In this document: positions 38,512 to 51,145 of the stretch, piece by piece
Layout: each line of letters opens with the position of its first letter
Position numbering within the stretch: the stretch's first letter is position 1
NCBI GenBank assembly: GCA_034780895.1
Contig: JAUZTB010000107.1
Span: 33,762,722 to 33,826,721, forward strand
Direction of reading: 5' to 3'
Length of the DNA: 64,000 nucleotides
Source of the DNA: Rhynchobatus australiae
Lineage: Eukaryota
Position numbers and translations under genes: made by a program
The notes under the pieces: model-generated
What the model was told of the DNA's origin: nothing
Databases searched by the model: none
What the model saw: only the letters and a program-made list of their open reading frames with translations

Positions 38512-39579
38512 CCAGCAACTGGCATCAGGAAAGGAGGATTCCACATTACTGAGCTTGCTGAAGCCTTGTGAGGATGTTTCCTCAAGATAAGCATTGAGTG
38601 CCATCCCTTCTATTGCCAACCAGAAAAACTGGGCTATCTTTTAGAAAGGGAATTCAACTAGGAAAGGAAAAGAAATGGAATCTAGAAAAAAGTATAAAAG
38701 AGCTTTAGGGCTTCTGGTCAGGAGCCAAATTTACAACTTTACAACTATTTGGCTAGCACAGTAATTGTTAATATAATACATAAATGAAAAGAATAATAAA
38801 TAAGTAAGAAACAAAGGGGCACTGCAGTGGCTTCATGCAATTAAGATTCAGCTATAAAATCACACACATATTTAGCAAGGCAACTCTAGTATCTTCTTTT
38901 GTATCACCCCCAAAGAGTGTTTCTGCAATTGTTTCGTAAGATTTTAAATTATCTTTCTTTTTTGTTAACCAAGAAGCTCTATGGAAGTTCAAAACTTTTC
39001 AGTTTGTTCCCTGAATTGATCACATTTAGTATCCAATACAGTAAAGGAACACTGAAGATAGACCACTGGAATGAAAATTGAAGATTTAAGTCAAAGCTGC
39101 ATGCAGATATTCCTACAATATTACCTGTTATTTTTGATTACATTATTTTGACAAATCTCAGTGTTACTGCCTTACACTACAATTAAAATAACATTAATTC
39201 ATCACAACAACCATGTCTATTACATCAGAAAAACTTTGAATATAACTAATACGTGGTGAGGAACTCAGAAGTTAATCTCTCTGACTTCAAATCAAAGGTG
39301 TAGGAAGTGGATCTTATTATAGAAACTAAGCCAATTTCTGGGACCACTACTTGACAACCACAGCACGCCTGAAATCTGACCAACTTTACATTGGTACCTG
39401 CTGGTTTACAACTGTTTTGATGACCACCTGGAAAATGCAGAGGACTCTTACATAGATGTAAATGAGCGGCTAACACCTGCTTCAGACTGACTCAATCATA
39501 GTAGGAGACAGATCTGATCTGTCTGGAGTTTAAAAATGCTATCAAGGTGTCAAGTTGAATCACAATATTTCAAAATCAA

Positions 39580-39700
39580 AAAAAAACTGCAGATGCTAGA
39601 AATCTAAAATAAATACAGGAAATGCTGGAAATATTCAGCAGGTCAATTCATATCTGTGAGAAGAGAAGCAGAGTTAATGTTTCAGACTGAAGAATGGGAA
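39580..39700 (-). mobile_element. Penelope terminal-repeat fragment (older subfamily)
   Basis: ctgcagatgctagaaatct..aaatgctggaaatattcagcaggtc..cagagttaatgtttcag. Confidence 0.65.
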
Positions 39701-40389
39701 GCAGAGAAAAGAAGCTTGGTAAGGTGCAATATTTTCCTAACACTGCAGCACTCATCATTACCTTACCCCTCACTAATTCCACCTGCAACTTTCTACCACC
39801 TGCCTGGAACTTGTACTTCTGGGTCAATCTCAGAATTGCAAACAGACTTTGATTTCAAGTTGGCAATCTGCTAAGAGGGATGCAGTATTTCATCCTGTGT
39901 AATTTTAGGTGGTCCCATGTATCCTGTTTAGAGCTGATGCTCATTTTGTACCAGAAAATGGACCTAGAAGTTCAGTTCCCACAGTTTTCTAATTATAAAA
40001 GTGTCATTATTGCAGCCTTTACTGTAACTTTTCTTAATGTTCATAGTTCTTAATTGCAGTCAAAGCCTATTATTAGAAGGGATTACTTTCCCTGTCTTAA
40101 ATTGTAAAATGTTTGTGAAATGTTCTGAGAAATTTTAAAATAGTAATCTACATTAATACATACTTGCACAAAGAATTTCAAAAATTAATCTTTTTTTCAT
40201 AGACTACCATTGACTATCAGCAGCATGAAAAACTCTTGAGACAAGGAGGAAGGTAAAAATATCAGGCACACATATTCCTGACTATTTAGGGTTCAACAGC
40301 GATGGAAACATGGAGACAAATCATTTATCTTGGCTGGTGAAGGATAAATGAAAAGTTAAAAATGGTAAGTCAGGATTGGAACACTAAAT

Positions 40390-40525
40390 ACACAATATAA
40401 ACAAACTGTTGGAAGAACTCAGCAGGTCAAGCTGAATCTGTGGTGACAAAGGGATGGTCGATATTTTGGAACAAGACCCTGCATCACCTCCAGATTCCAA
40501 CATATGCAGTCTCTTGTGTCTCCAA
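40390..40525 (-). mobile_element. Short Penelope derivative, same structure as 7378-7502
   Basis: aactgttggaagaactcagcaggtc..gtcgatattttggaacaagaccctgcatca followed by gattccaacatatgcagtc. Confidence 0.7.
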
Positions 40526-42499
40526 ACACCAAATATATTTCTTTTGAATGCTTTACTTATAAGTTAGTAAATTACTATAACATATTTGTATATGATTTGA
40601 CAATGGATCAAATTGCCTCCATACTCTGTAAACAACTATGCACATCAATTAAAATTCCAAAGGTCAAAAATTCAATTTATTGGTGTTTATAAGGAGCCTC
40701 ATCACCTACTAACAGAGTGATTCTACCAGAGGGTTAAATTAAAATCTTTCATATTTACATAAAACACAATTTCTTGCCAATACATCCACCAACCAGTTCC
40801 AGTGAAACCAATATGTCTGTAACCCACTCAGCCACTGAAGCTGTGTAACTGATGAATCAGTGAAGTATCAAGATAAGCAGCAATGAATCAGAAGGTTTCT
40901 CTGGGGGTGGGGGAATAAAACTGCAGGACATGCTCAATTCAGTTTTGCAACTTATATTTGCCTATTAATATATAGTAGTTAGTTCTCGGTCTTTCATCCC
41001 TACCACAATTTTCTCCCCTTTTTCTGCCCACCTCACCTGAAAGTACTGACTCACATGGGCATGCATTTCTATGTCTACCTTCCCCAAGCAGACAATTTTA
41101 ATAAGTGAAATTTAACAACAGATGTTAATAAGCTATTCAACAGTCAAGGGGCTGGAGTTGTGAGGAATCTTGTCTTCATCCTCTGGAAATAAAGCAGCAG
41201 TCTGGAGCAAGCTTCCTCAGGTACTCTCTTTATCATAATCTATTAGGGTGGAGAACAACTACTCACCGAAGACGCAACCTAGGACTTGTTTGCTCTGAAT
41301 GAAATAACTACAAATTTATATTAATGATCATTTTAGAAATAAAACTTCAAGGAACACAGGCTAGTAAAATTAAACTTCAGCATTCTAGCCCTGATTTAGT
41401 CAACTGCATTGCACTGCATGTAAGCACAATTCCTCCTAGGGAATGATAGATTTTAAAAATCACTTTTATATAAGAGAGCACAGTACACATTAATTACCCC
41501 CCCCCCTCGAGTTAAACAGCCTCTTTTAAAAAGAATGGATACCATGACTTGATCATCTTTGAAGTCTCCCAGAACTGGTGTTGATAACAAGCAGCTGGGT
41601 GAACAGTGGAACTTATGTCTGCACCACAGACCAAGGCAAAAACTGAGAGCAGATCCCACCTTACGTTTTAGAATAAAGTGTATCCTCACCATTTGCTCAA
41701 AAAAATTAACTTGCAACATCTAGCATTTTTCTGTCATTGTGTTCAAAAAGCCAGTGAGTCCACTTTTAACTCTGTATTTCGCTAGAACTGGGGCAAAACG
41801 AAGACCAATATCAGCTTTTAGAATAATGGGATAATATAAGCAGCATGTAAATCTTCTTGAAGCTGCATTGAATAACAAACTGTTACCACGCTACAGAATT
41901 TGAAACAAATACAGTTACACCGTGCATGCTCATGTTACTTTATATTATAATCAGATTATCACAGGATTCCAAAACATCAATCCTCCCATTTAATCTTCCC
42001 ATATAATTTTTATACTGTTTGTGTCATAATAGAGGCTGTGTAATGGCATACATTTTCTGAAATAAAGCACCTCAGTTAAACTAAGCCAACCTAAATTCAA
42101 TACATAAACGGACCTAGCCTAGGTGTAAACAGAACCATGAATAACATTACCCTTTGAATAGCCCTGATCTTTGAATTAATCCTTTAATCCCTTTCCACCT
42201 ATTTTACAACACTTATAGAAACCTCTAATTATCATATTTTTAATTCCATTCAATACATCTTTTCATATTTGTTGATTACCTTTTTTATTATATTTTTAGT
42301 TTTGTTTCCACCATTCTTCCCATGCCTGTGCATAAATTTCTTTAAAATAAGAATGGTAAACTGAACAGGATAAGGGTTAACTTGATTAAGGTTTACTATT
42401 AAAATTGTATTAACACTCCATTTAACTTCCATCTTCAAATATGAACTATATGTCTAAGGCTTTCAATAGCTCTTGTTGATAAAGGGAAAATAACTGAAT

Positions 42500-43450
42500 C
42501 ATCATATAACCCCGGACAAGAATCTGCCAAACTCAGACAGGCTGCCAACACAGGACTAGTTTTGTAGGTAACCACCACTCATTTAGTGAATGCTACATTG
42601 AACAAAGGCCTCAAGGAATTGGAGTAATTGATGGAAATTATATCCAATGCATAGCAACCTTACCAATACAGTTCCAACTTAATAATAAAGCCCTGATTCA
42701 AAGGATGTGTATGAACTTTTGCCGGAACAGAATGAACATGTGGACTCTGAAATACCTAGCAGCATGGCAGGGCTGATTCCTCATGTTCCAGCAACATTCG
42801 TTGGAGATCAAGGAAAAAGTGGAGATGTGAATAAGTCCCACACAGAAACCCCAAAGGAAGGAAATTTACTCCAGGTGCACAGATCATTCGAAAAACCACT
42901 TTGGCTTTGGTATACTCCAGCACAGAGTATTTGTGCTACTGACTAAGATGCTGAATGCTCGACAAAATATAGCTATGTGTTACATTACTGGAGAGTGAAG
43001 AGTTGCAATTGGCTCCTGCCACTATCAAATAACAATTGTCCTAATTGCTTCATCAACTGTAGCTCTTTGAACTTTTCATGCCTAATCCACAGAATAGAAG
43101 GCATGCCAAGTCAAACCATGATGGAAGGGTTTCCATTATACATCTTGTTTAACACAAGGAACAATGGAGACCTCAATGGAATGGAAATGGCATTCTAAAC
43201 AAAATCTTCATCACCAATCACACAGAATCCACTAGACAATATCTGGTTAGCCCTGAAATCAACAAGGAAGATGTGGACATATTTGATGTCAATGGAAACT
43301 CAAATCAAGTTCAAGTTATGCTGACAGCAAAGAAAGTTAAATAATTGACCACATCACCAAAGATTGCCCCCTCCTCTCATTTCCAGGGTGCAAGGGCAAA
43401 TATTCACATTACTGCACCAGATACCATAACCTGGCTCAAAAAACTAGTCA
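42500..43450 (+). mobile_element. Decayed Vingi/Ingi-clade LINE 3' region
   Basis: Ordered motifs TLALVYSSTEY (about 42898-42930), WLLPLSN (43010), WLAL..QGRCGH (43245-43280) and IDHITKDCP (43345) match the recalled Vingi pattern LALVYSxAEYC / WLPVLSN / RTGxGRC / HIxxxCP. Confidence 0.65.
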
Positions 43451-43714
43451 TCAATGTACAAGTTGCTATTAATGACATTAAACTAGTCTGTACAACAAAA
43501 ATAATAGAAGTTTAGATTGTTAACACTTTCATTAAAGCAGTACCCATACCAATTCTTGGCTGGAGTGGGAGCATTGTTTGGAAATGAAAGCATAATAAAT
43601 ACCAGTGGAAAAAATGAAATGGCAATTACTTACAATCTGCTAAGTACTTTCATTTAATAACTGCCTGCAAAATTTTTATGGCAATTACATAATATGGATA
43701 TCAATGTCTTCTAA

Positions 43715-44030
43715 TGACTGAGCAGGTAAATGAACTGTGTGATCCAGTGTGAAGTCAGGAGGTCCCAGATTTAATTCACAATCTGTGCTGAGGTAGCTAA
43801 TTTAAGCAACTGGGACTCTACAATTGCCCTTAGTATCTCTGGTTTAGTGATGAAATGTTTGAAATCAGACAGAAGCATTCCCTCCTGATTTATACACAAA
43901 ACAAAAGTTAGATGAGAAAAGGTTCATGCTCAATCATGATGCTCTCCTTGATAGGAAGCCTACAAATACACTACCTAGTTGCAAAAGAATGTCTATTTAA
44001 GTGAGGTGCCAAGCTATAAAACCCATGGAA
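43715..44030 (+). mobile_element. Old SINE-like repeat (family unassigned)
   Basis: tRNA-like head (ggaggtcccagatttaattc) and tctgtgctgag..ctacaattgcccttagt, related to 780-940. Confidence 0.4.
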
Positions 44031-44165
44031 CCACACATTAAATAATATTAACACATTTTAAAACTGCTTAAAATAAAAGGTAAAAAAAAGTTCATGGAAC
44101 TACACATTAAATAATATTAACACATTTTAAAACTGCTTAAAATAAAAGGTAAAAAAAAAGTTCAT
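44024..44165. repeat. 69-bp tandem duplication
   Basis: catggaac(c/t)acacattaaataatattaacacattttaaaactgcttaaaataaaaggtaaaaaaaagtt occurs twice. The copies differ by one substitution and one A in the homopolymer. Confidence 0.92.
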
Positions 44166-45504
44166 AGAGAACAATTACACAGGAAGATAATGTGGAAAAT
44201 AATCAATAATCAAATATTTCATGCTGTGCTCCAACCAGACTAAATTTTTAATGCACTCTAAATTTGCAGCTCAATTATACTAAGTTTCGTCTTATTCAAA
44301 CATATGAACACTTTAAGGTGGCATTGGATGGGGTCCAGAATGGGGAGGCAGGGCTTTGNNNNNNNNNNTACACAAATATTTTTAAAACTTATTTTTCAAA
44401 GTGCCTGGTTTAAAACTCCACTTCCTGTTTGTATTTTCTTCCTTCATCATCCATTCCTCAACAAGGAGACCCAGCAGACAAACTGCTTGTTTTCTATCTT
44501 TGGCCAATGCAATTCTATTATTCAATTTGTGAAAGACTGGCTCAATTTAATTCACCTCTGATTTTTCATCCCAATGGAGGTGCCCCATTACATAGTTCTT
44601 CATGTCCCTGTCTAGGTGGCTAACACTTTCTGTGTGGAAACATACTTTTATTCTGTTAGTGCAATGATATGCTGCATTACTTGATAATTGTGTTATAAAT
44701 TAGCATTGCTATTTGCAGCTGGATAGTATCTTTTAATGAAAAGCATTTGATAACCTTTATGTTTGCCAAAAAGACAAAATGATAATCAAGTGAGTTTCTT
44801 GGTAAATAAAATAAGGGAAATTAAGTTCAAATCATCAGTTCTTTCAAGAAAAACATGACTGTCACGTCATTTTCCTCCTTGCATCTCCAGAGCAGTACAC
44901 TTCCTTTTTCAACTGGTGCAGTGAGAGGACAGATTCTGATGCACCTGATCTTTCACCCCACCCCTAGATTCACCATTGAGAGTGGGGCAAATCCTGTTTG
45001 ATCTGAGCCAGAGAAGAGGATGGGAGTCAGATATACTTTTATTGCAGCCTCCTATCTACTGTGGCCCCAGACATTTAAATGGGGTCATTGACCTGCATTG
45101 AAAAAAAGTGGCAGGTTTCTTTCCTTGAATTTTAACTATTAATTAGGTTACATCAGATAACTGTTTTTAATTAAATTTATTCAATTTCCATGTTATATTT
45201 TTCAATTATTTTTAATATTTAATTGTTGAAATACAGTTCAATGTTTTTAAATTTCTCTCATCACCATAGATATAGAAATACTTACAAGACCTTTTACAAT
45301 ATTAACTGTCAAAAGCCACTGGGGAAGATCTGAACAGGGTCTCTTGATTTACCACCTAAGGACATGTCACAGTTTCATGATGCAACCTGGGCAGTGAGGC
45401 CTTAAGGTTGTTGGGAGACACACAGCTGCACTAATAGCACAAGGGTTTACTTAAGATGCAGGCCAAATAGAGCAGAACCCTGCCCAATAACACTGCTGTT
45501 GAGG

Positions 45505-45600
45505 CGATCTGATGAGAGGTCATTATCCTGAAATGTGAACTCTATTCCTTCCATCACAGATATCAATTAACATTGAATATTCCCAGCATTTTCTAATGTT
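45505..45600 (+). mobile_element. Penelope terminal-repeat fragment with hammerhead core
   Basis: CTGATGA-G-AGG-tcattat-CCT-GAAA-tgtgaact, followed by cacagat..cccagcattttct. Confidence 0.6.
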
Positions 45601-45689
45601 ATGATGTTATGTTGATCTATCAGCCTGAATCTTAAAAGTAGTTTTATGTCTCTTCTATTATATCCCTCTTAAATAGATTATCTAATTAT

Positions 45690-45830
45690 TATGGCATTGC
45701 TATTTGTGAGAGCTAGCTATGTGCAAATTGGCTACCACATTTCCTAATTGCAACAGTGACTATACTTCTAAGTAAAAGTAAGTCATTGGCTGCAAAGCAT
45801 TTTGGGATGATCTGAAAAGGACATAAAGGA
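45690..45830 (+). mobile_element. Deu-domain SINE 3' part (SacSINE1/AmnSINE1-like)
   Basis: cattgctatttgtg..gctatgtgcaaattggct..catttcct..caacagtgactatacttc..tcattggctgcaaagcattttgggatg. Confidence 0.75.
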
Positions 45831-47231
45831 AAATCAAGTGACTTTCTTGATAAATAAAATAAGGGAAATTAAGTCTGAATCATTAGTTCTTTTAAAAAAG
45901 ATCTCTTTCACCTAGTGCAGTGAGAGGTCAGATGCTGATTCACCTGATCTTTCACCCCACCCCAAGATTTACCACTAAGACCAGGGGCAATACAAGTGTA
46001 AGGTTTTTTTTATGCTTTAACTATAAAACTGGATTCAGGAAAAACATCAAACTACTTTTCACAATAAAACTCCAATATGTCTGCAACTAATGCATGAAAA
46101 ATAAAATAATTGGCACCTTCAGTCACATCATTCCTCTGGTGCACCATTTTGGGTTTGAAATTATTGCATCTAATATTGTAATACTAATTTGTTTTTCCAC
46201 AAATTCAGTATTTTGTTCTTTTTAATCAAATGTATCTATCTGCAGCCCATTACTCATATTGCCAGGCAACTTCAGTTGTTCTCAAACAAGTTTAGATCTC
46301 TTTGGTCTCCTGACAGAAAAGTGAGCTGTCTTTATGTCTGGTTTCTGTCTACAGAAATCCTCCTAAAAATCACAATGCCATCTCCACTGATAATTGTTCT
46401 CACTTTAAGGTGCTAACCTCCTGATCATTATCTATTTTTACACATGATTTTTTGTGGTCTGAAGGATACATAAATGAAACAACAACTATTTTCTCACTTC
46501 AGATGTGTAAAATATCTTCCACACAACATTTCCATCCAAACTAGCATGGTTAAGGTAACAAAAACATTGTAAATTATTTTGGAACGAATGGTGAAATGTC
46601 ACTGGGTAGAAATGTCAGTATAATGCCTCTCTAAATACCTCTTACGGTATGAAAATATATACACTGATGTAAGTGGCTCTCTGTTTTATGCTCTTCAGAC
46701 TATTTCAGTTGTCCAGAGTGTTTTAATGTGTGAACTTAGTTGCAACTCTGATATCTATTTCCATATGTTCTGATCCAAGGTCTACAATACTGGTTCAGGT
46801 GGCAACAGAAATGTGGTCTCAAGCTGGCACATGAAAACCAAAGCAATACAAACACCAGTATCAATTTCAGAAATATGAATATTAGATAGCGGCCAAGTTG
46901 CATAGTGTACTGAAGCAGGACACGAATTGGGATTAAAACATATCTTTCACTCACAATGAAAGCTGCACATAAATTTCTACTGCTTATTGCAATAATAGCG
47001 ATGTTCAATAAACACCAATGGTGTGTTTCATTTGGTGGAGCCAATATCATAAGCGTCCAACATCAATTAAAGTTATCCTATATCACTTAAACAGGACCAC
47101 ACATATGAAAGAAAGTGCATCTGTCTGAGGCAGCTGCTGATAACTGTTATACAAGCAAATCCAGCCTGGGAAACAGTGAAGAATTGCATATTTTTGGAAC
47201 AGGTGGAAAGTAGGAGAAAGTCCTGTATCCA

Positions 47232-47335
47232 GAGGAGTTCTGAGGAAAGGTGGCTAAACTGAATGTTAACTGGTGTTTCTTTCCACAGATGCTGTTTGAC
47301 TGGCTGAGTTCTTCCAGTAATTTCCATTTTTGTTC
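47232..47335 (+). mobile_element. Penelope terminal-repeat fragment with decayed hammerhead core
   Basis: AGTT-CTGAGGA-..-GAA-TGTT-AACT followed by ccacagatgctg..gctgagttcttccag. Confidence 0.65.
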
Positions 47336-48409
47336 CATAGGACCGTGGATGCCTTTAGGCACAAACACATAAGACACATGGATAGCTCTGGAGATCAATG
47401 CCAATGCCCCAGGCATTTTTCCATTCACCACATACCTACCACTAATCTCTTTCAATTAGGACTTGCATCTAACTTTCAAGTGCTCTGAAGTGCAAAAATT
47501 TACTTTTTCATCTCATTACTATGAATGTTTAGAATAAATGACAAGTAAGATATGCAAGTTGTTTTGTATTTCTTTCATAAGTTTTTTGTAAATGAATTTT
47601 AGTTTTGAAATTAAAAAATAAAACTGATTATCTATAATTGTTGAACTCATTGGTTCCACTTCCACACTTTTGCTCTCAATCCCTCTTCTCCCACCTTTGT
47701 GCTTCTGGTATCGGGCATAGGTGACGAGTGGTGCCTTAAAAACATGTAGTCAACAGCACCCAGGGTCAGCTTCCAGGCCTAGTAAAGCCAAATGTTCTCT
47801 CCAGCTGCTAGTCTCTGGCAAGTGAGTAAAATGCAATCAGCTATCCGCAAATATCTCTAGTAACAGTCAGTAAGAACAAGTTCAAGAGAGTCTGTGAGCT
47901 AATCACCTAGCCCTAACTTACAAATGACATGCCAATGAGAGCCTGTACAGATAACCAAAAAAATATGTGTATTTCTTTTCGCAAAGTTGCAGTTCTTTCG
48001 TTTGCCACTGATTTTTACCACGACTCTACTGAAGATACTGAGATATAATCCAATTGATAGAGGCAGCTGCAATGGTGGCTTGTTCAAATAGCCATGGAAC
48101 TACCACAAACTATTTTTATCATCAGAGCTGAGCTCAACCCTACTGTCACACATAATTAATACACATGTACATCTCGTCATGGATCACTGGTTTGCAATCA
48201 GGGAAAGGAACCCTCAATGATATTTATCTCCATCTCTTGAACATCCCTGATTTTAATGGGTCCATTCTGTGCATTCCCCTCTAAGTCCCAAAGATTTAGA
48301 ATTACCTCCCTAAACCTCCTGGCCTCCATAATTTTTCCTTTTTTAATATGATCCTTACAACTTGTCTCATTGACCATCTTATCTATATTGTATTATGTGG
48401 TTCAGTAGC

Positions 48410-49225
48410 CCACAGCTCAACTCTCTCTACATTCATGACTGTGTGGCCAAGCACAGCTCAAACACCATATATAAATTCACTGATGACACCACTGTTGTTG
48501 GTAGTATGCATTTAAGATGAGAGAGGGTAGATTCAGAACAGATGTGAGGTGTATGTTTTTCACTCAGAAAGTGGTGTATGCCTGAAATGCGTTGCCTGAT
48601 AAGGTGATGGAGGTAAATTCATTGGAGGCTTTTAAGAGGGGCTTGGATAGGCACATGAATGAGAGAAAAATAGAGGGATATGGGCATTCTGTAGGTAGGA
48701 GGGAATAGCTTTGTCAGCACAACATTGTGGGCCAAAGGGCCTATTCTGTGCTGTACTGTTCTACGTTCTATGTTCTATCTCAGATGGCGACGAGAAGGTG
48801 TACAGGAGTGAGATAGATCAACTAGTTGAATGGTGCCACAACAACAACCTCGCATTCAATGTCAACAAGACCAAGGAATTGACTGGGGACTTCAGAAAGG
48901 GAAAGTCAGGAGAACACACACCGGTCTTTATTGAGGGGTCAGCAGTGGAAAGTGTGAGCATCTTCAAGTTCCTGGGCATGAACGTCTCAGAAGATCTATC
49001 CTGAACCCAATACATTGATGCAATCATGAAGAAGGCACACCAGCGGCTCTACTTTGTTAGGTATATGAGAAGATTTGGTATGTCACCAAAGACTCTTGCA
49101 AGTTTCTATAGACGTACAGTGGAGATCATTCTGACTGGTTGCACCACTGCCTGGTATGGAGGCTCCAATGCACAGGATTGAAAGAGGCTGCAGAGGGTTG
49201 TAGACTCAGCCAGCTCCATCACGGG
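48410..49225 (+). mobile_element. Rex1/Babar-type LINE reverse transcriptase fragment (interrupted)
   Basis: HDCVAKHSSNTIYKFTDDTTVVG | ISDGDEKVYRSEIDQLVEWCHNNNLAFNVNKTKEL..FKFLG..KKAHQRLYF. Contains stops and runs into a gap. Confidence 0.92.
48508..48778 (+). mobile_element. CR1/HER1-type 3' fragment nested in the Rex1/Babar copy
   Basis: Encodes an FRTDVR..FFTQKVV-like C-terminus and ends gggccaaagggcctattctgtgctgtactgttctacgttctatgttctat. Removing it rejoins the host RT frame. Confidence 0.9.
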
Positions 49226-49717
49226 NNNNNNNNNNNNNNNNNNNNNNNNNNNNNNNNNNNNNNNNNNNNNNNNNNNNNNNNNNNNNNNNNNNNNNNNNNN
49301 NNNNNNNNNNNNNNNNNNNNNNNNNNNNNNNNNNNNNNNNNNNNNNNNNNNNNNNNNNNNNNNNNNNNNNNNNNNNNNNNNNNNNNNNNNNNNNNNNNNN
49401 NNNNNNNNNNNNNNNNNNNNNNNNNNNNNNNNNNNNNNNNNNNNNNNNNNNNNNNNNNNNNNNNNNNNNNNNNNNNNNNNNNNNNNNNNNNNNNNNNNNN
49501 NNNNNNNNNNNNNNNNNNNNNNNNNNNNNNNNNNNNNNNNNNNNNNNNNNNNNNNNNNNNNNNNNNNNNNNNNNNNNNNNNNNNNNNNNNNNNNNNNNNN
49601 NNNNNNNNNNNNNNNNNNNNNNNNNNNNNNNNNNNNNNNNNNNNNNNNNNNNNNNNNNNNNNNNNNNNNNNNNNNNNNNNNNNNNNNNNNNNNNNNNNNN
49701 NNNNNNNNNNNNNNNNA

Positions 49718-50050
49718 CCCCACCATGCTCCTTCTCTTCTTCGCTTTCCTTCCTTTTGTTTTCTTTCTCTCTTCATACCTTTTACCAGTGGATCTGCTCT
49801 CCCCTCCTTCCCCACACCTGCCTATCATTATCTCTTACCTGCACCTACCTATCACCACCCAGTGCCAATCCCGTCTCCCCTCTTTTGTCCACCTATCACT
49901 GCTCTGCCTTTCCCTCCTATATATCGGGCTTCCTCTTTTCCTATCTCCAGTCCTGAAGAAGGGTCCCCACCCGAAACATTGACCACCTGCTTTTCTCCAC
50001 GGATGCTGCCTGGCCTGCTGAGTTCCTCCAGCATCATTGTGTTTATCTCC
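49718..50050 (+). mobile_element. Penelope-like element terminal repeat with the best-preserved minimal hammerhead motif (about 49948-49985)
   Basis: Pyrimidine-rich tract, then GTC-CTGAAGA-A-GGGT-cccc-ACCC-GAAA-CATT-GAC, then ggatgctgcctggcctgctgagttcctccagc. Confidence 0.8.
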
Positions 50051-50379
50051 AGTTTCAAGTCTGTTCCAAATATATCCCTTTCAACATAATATAACCACAC
50101 AATAACCAATGGAAGTTCTTGGTGTAAAAATGTCATTTTTTTTTCCCCAAAATAACCACGCATTGGTCAGTCTTAACAACACTGCTGTGGACTGGTGCAG
50201 CTACAGTTGAGTAGACTGCTGAAGACAAGATCAGTCAGACTTAATTCTCTTGTTTGTTCTCCCCCTTGTGCCAGAGTGTGGCAGCTATGTCTTTTAGGAC
50301 TGGTGCAGATTAGTGAATGGCAGTGCTACCAAGTTATTTTTAGTGATGGACAATGAGGATTTTCCCTCATTCTCTGCCC

Positions 50380-50600
50380 TTGCTACTTTCAGTAATGCTC
50401 CAAACTGGTACTCAGTATGGAGGAATACCCAATCATTAATTGAAAAGTGGCAGACACTTCCTTGTCTACCTCTGACCTGATGCCATGAAATTCATGGGGT
50501 CTTGATTCAATGCTCTCCTGGCTGTATACCACTGTGCAGCCATCTCTGGTGCGCTGTCCTGCTGGTAAGATAGGACTCATCCATCAGAATCGATGGATGA
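50380..50600 (-). mobile_element. Decayed CR1-group LINE AP-endonuclease fragment
   Basis: Minus-strand RTRDGCTVVYSQE..IESRPHE resembles the recalled DRxxRGGGTVVYS..DSGPHEV. Confidence 0.5.
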
Positions 50601-50799
50601 GTCTGGGAAGTGCCTTCAGTTTCACGCAGAACTGGTAGCTACTTTCCAGATGATTCAAGTCGATATTAAGTTTGGTGTTAAAAGTCACACCTTTGTGTAA
50701 CTTATCATGCTCTTCAAATGGAGGCAATTATACTGTGCATTGGGGTTAGAATTTTAGCAAATTGTGAACTGTGCAAAAAGCAAGAACAAGAACAATGAT

Positions 50800-51145
50800 C
50801 CAGCTAGAAGACCTGCTCCCTCACAGCTCCAGCAATCCAGGTTCAATCATGACCTCTACTGCTGGCTGTGTGGAGTTTGCATGTTCTCCTTGTGACCATA
50901 TGGCTTTTGTCTGGATGCTCCAGTTTCCTCCCACGTCCCAAAGATGTGTGTATTGCTAGGTTAATTTGCCACTGTAAATTGCCCCTAGTGTGTAGGTGAG
51001 TGGTAGGATCTGTGGAAAGTTAATGGGAATGTGGACAAAATAAAAGTAAAGGCATTGATGGAGGATTGGTGTAAATGCACATGATGATCGGTGTGGACTT
51101 TTTAGACAGAAGGACCTGTTTCTGCGCTATGTGGTTCTATGACTC
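50800..51145 (+). mobile_element. Older V-SINE (HE1-like)
   Basis: cctcacagctccagc..caggttcaatc, ggagtttgcatgttctc, gctccagtttcctcccac, taaattgcccctagtgtgtaggtg and a CR1-type tail. Confidence 0.85.

Larger units (their letters stand above)
44784..45990. repeat. Spaced direct repeat: 44784-44990 and 45832-45990
   Basis: aatcaagtga.tttcttg.taaataaaataagggaaattaagt and gtgcagtgagagg.cagat.ctgat.cacctgatctttcaccccacccc occur in both. The second copy lacks about 50 bp. Confidence 0.88.
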
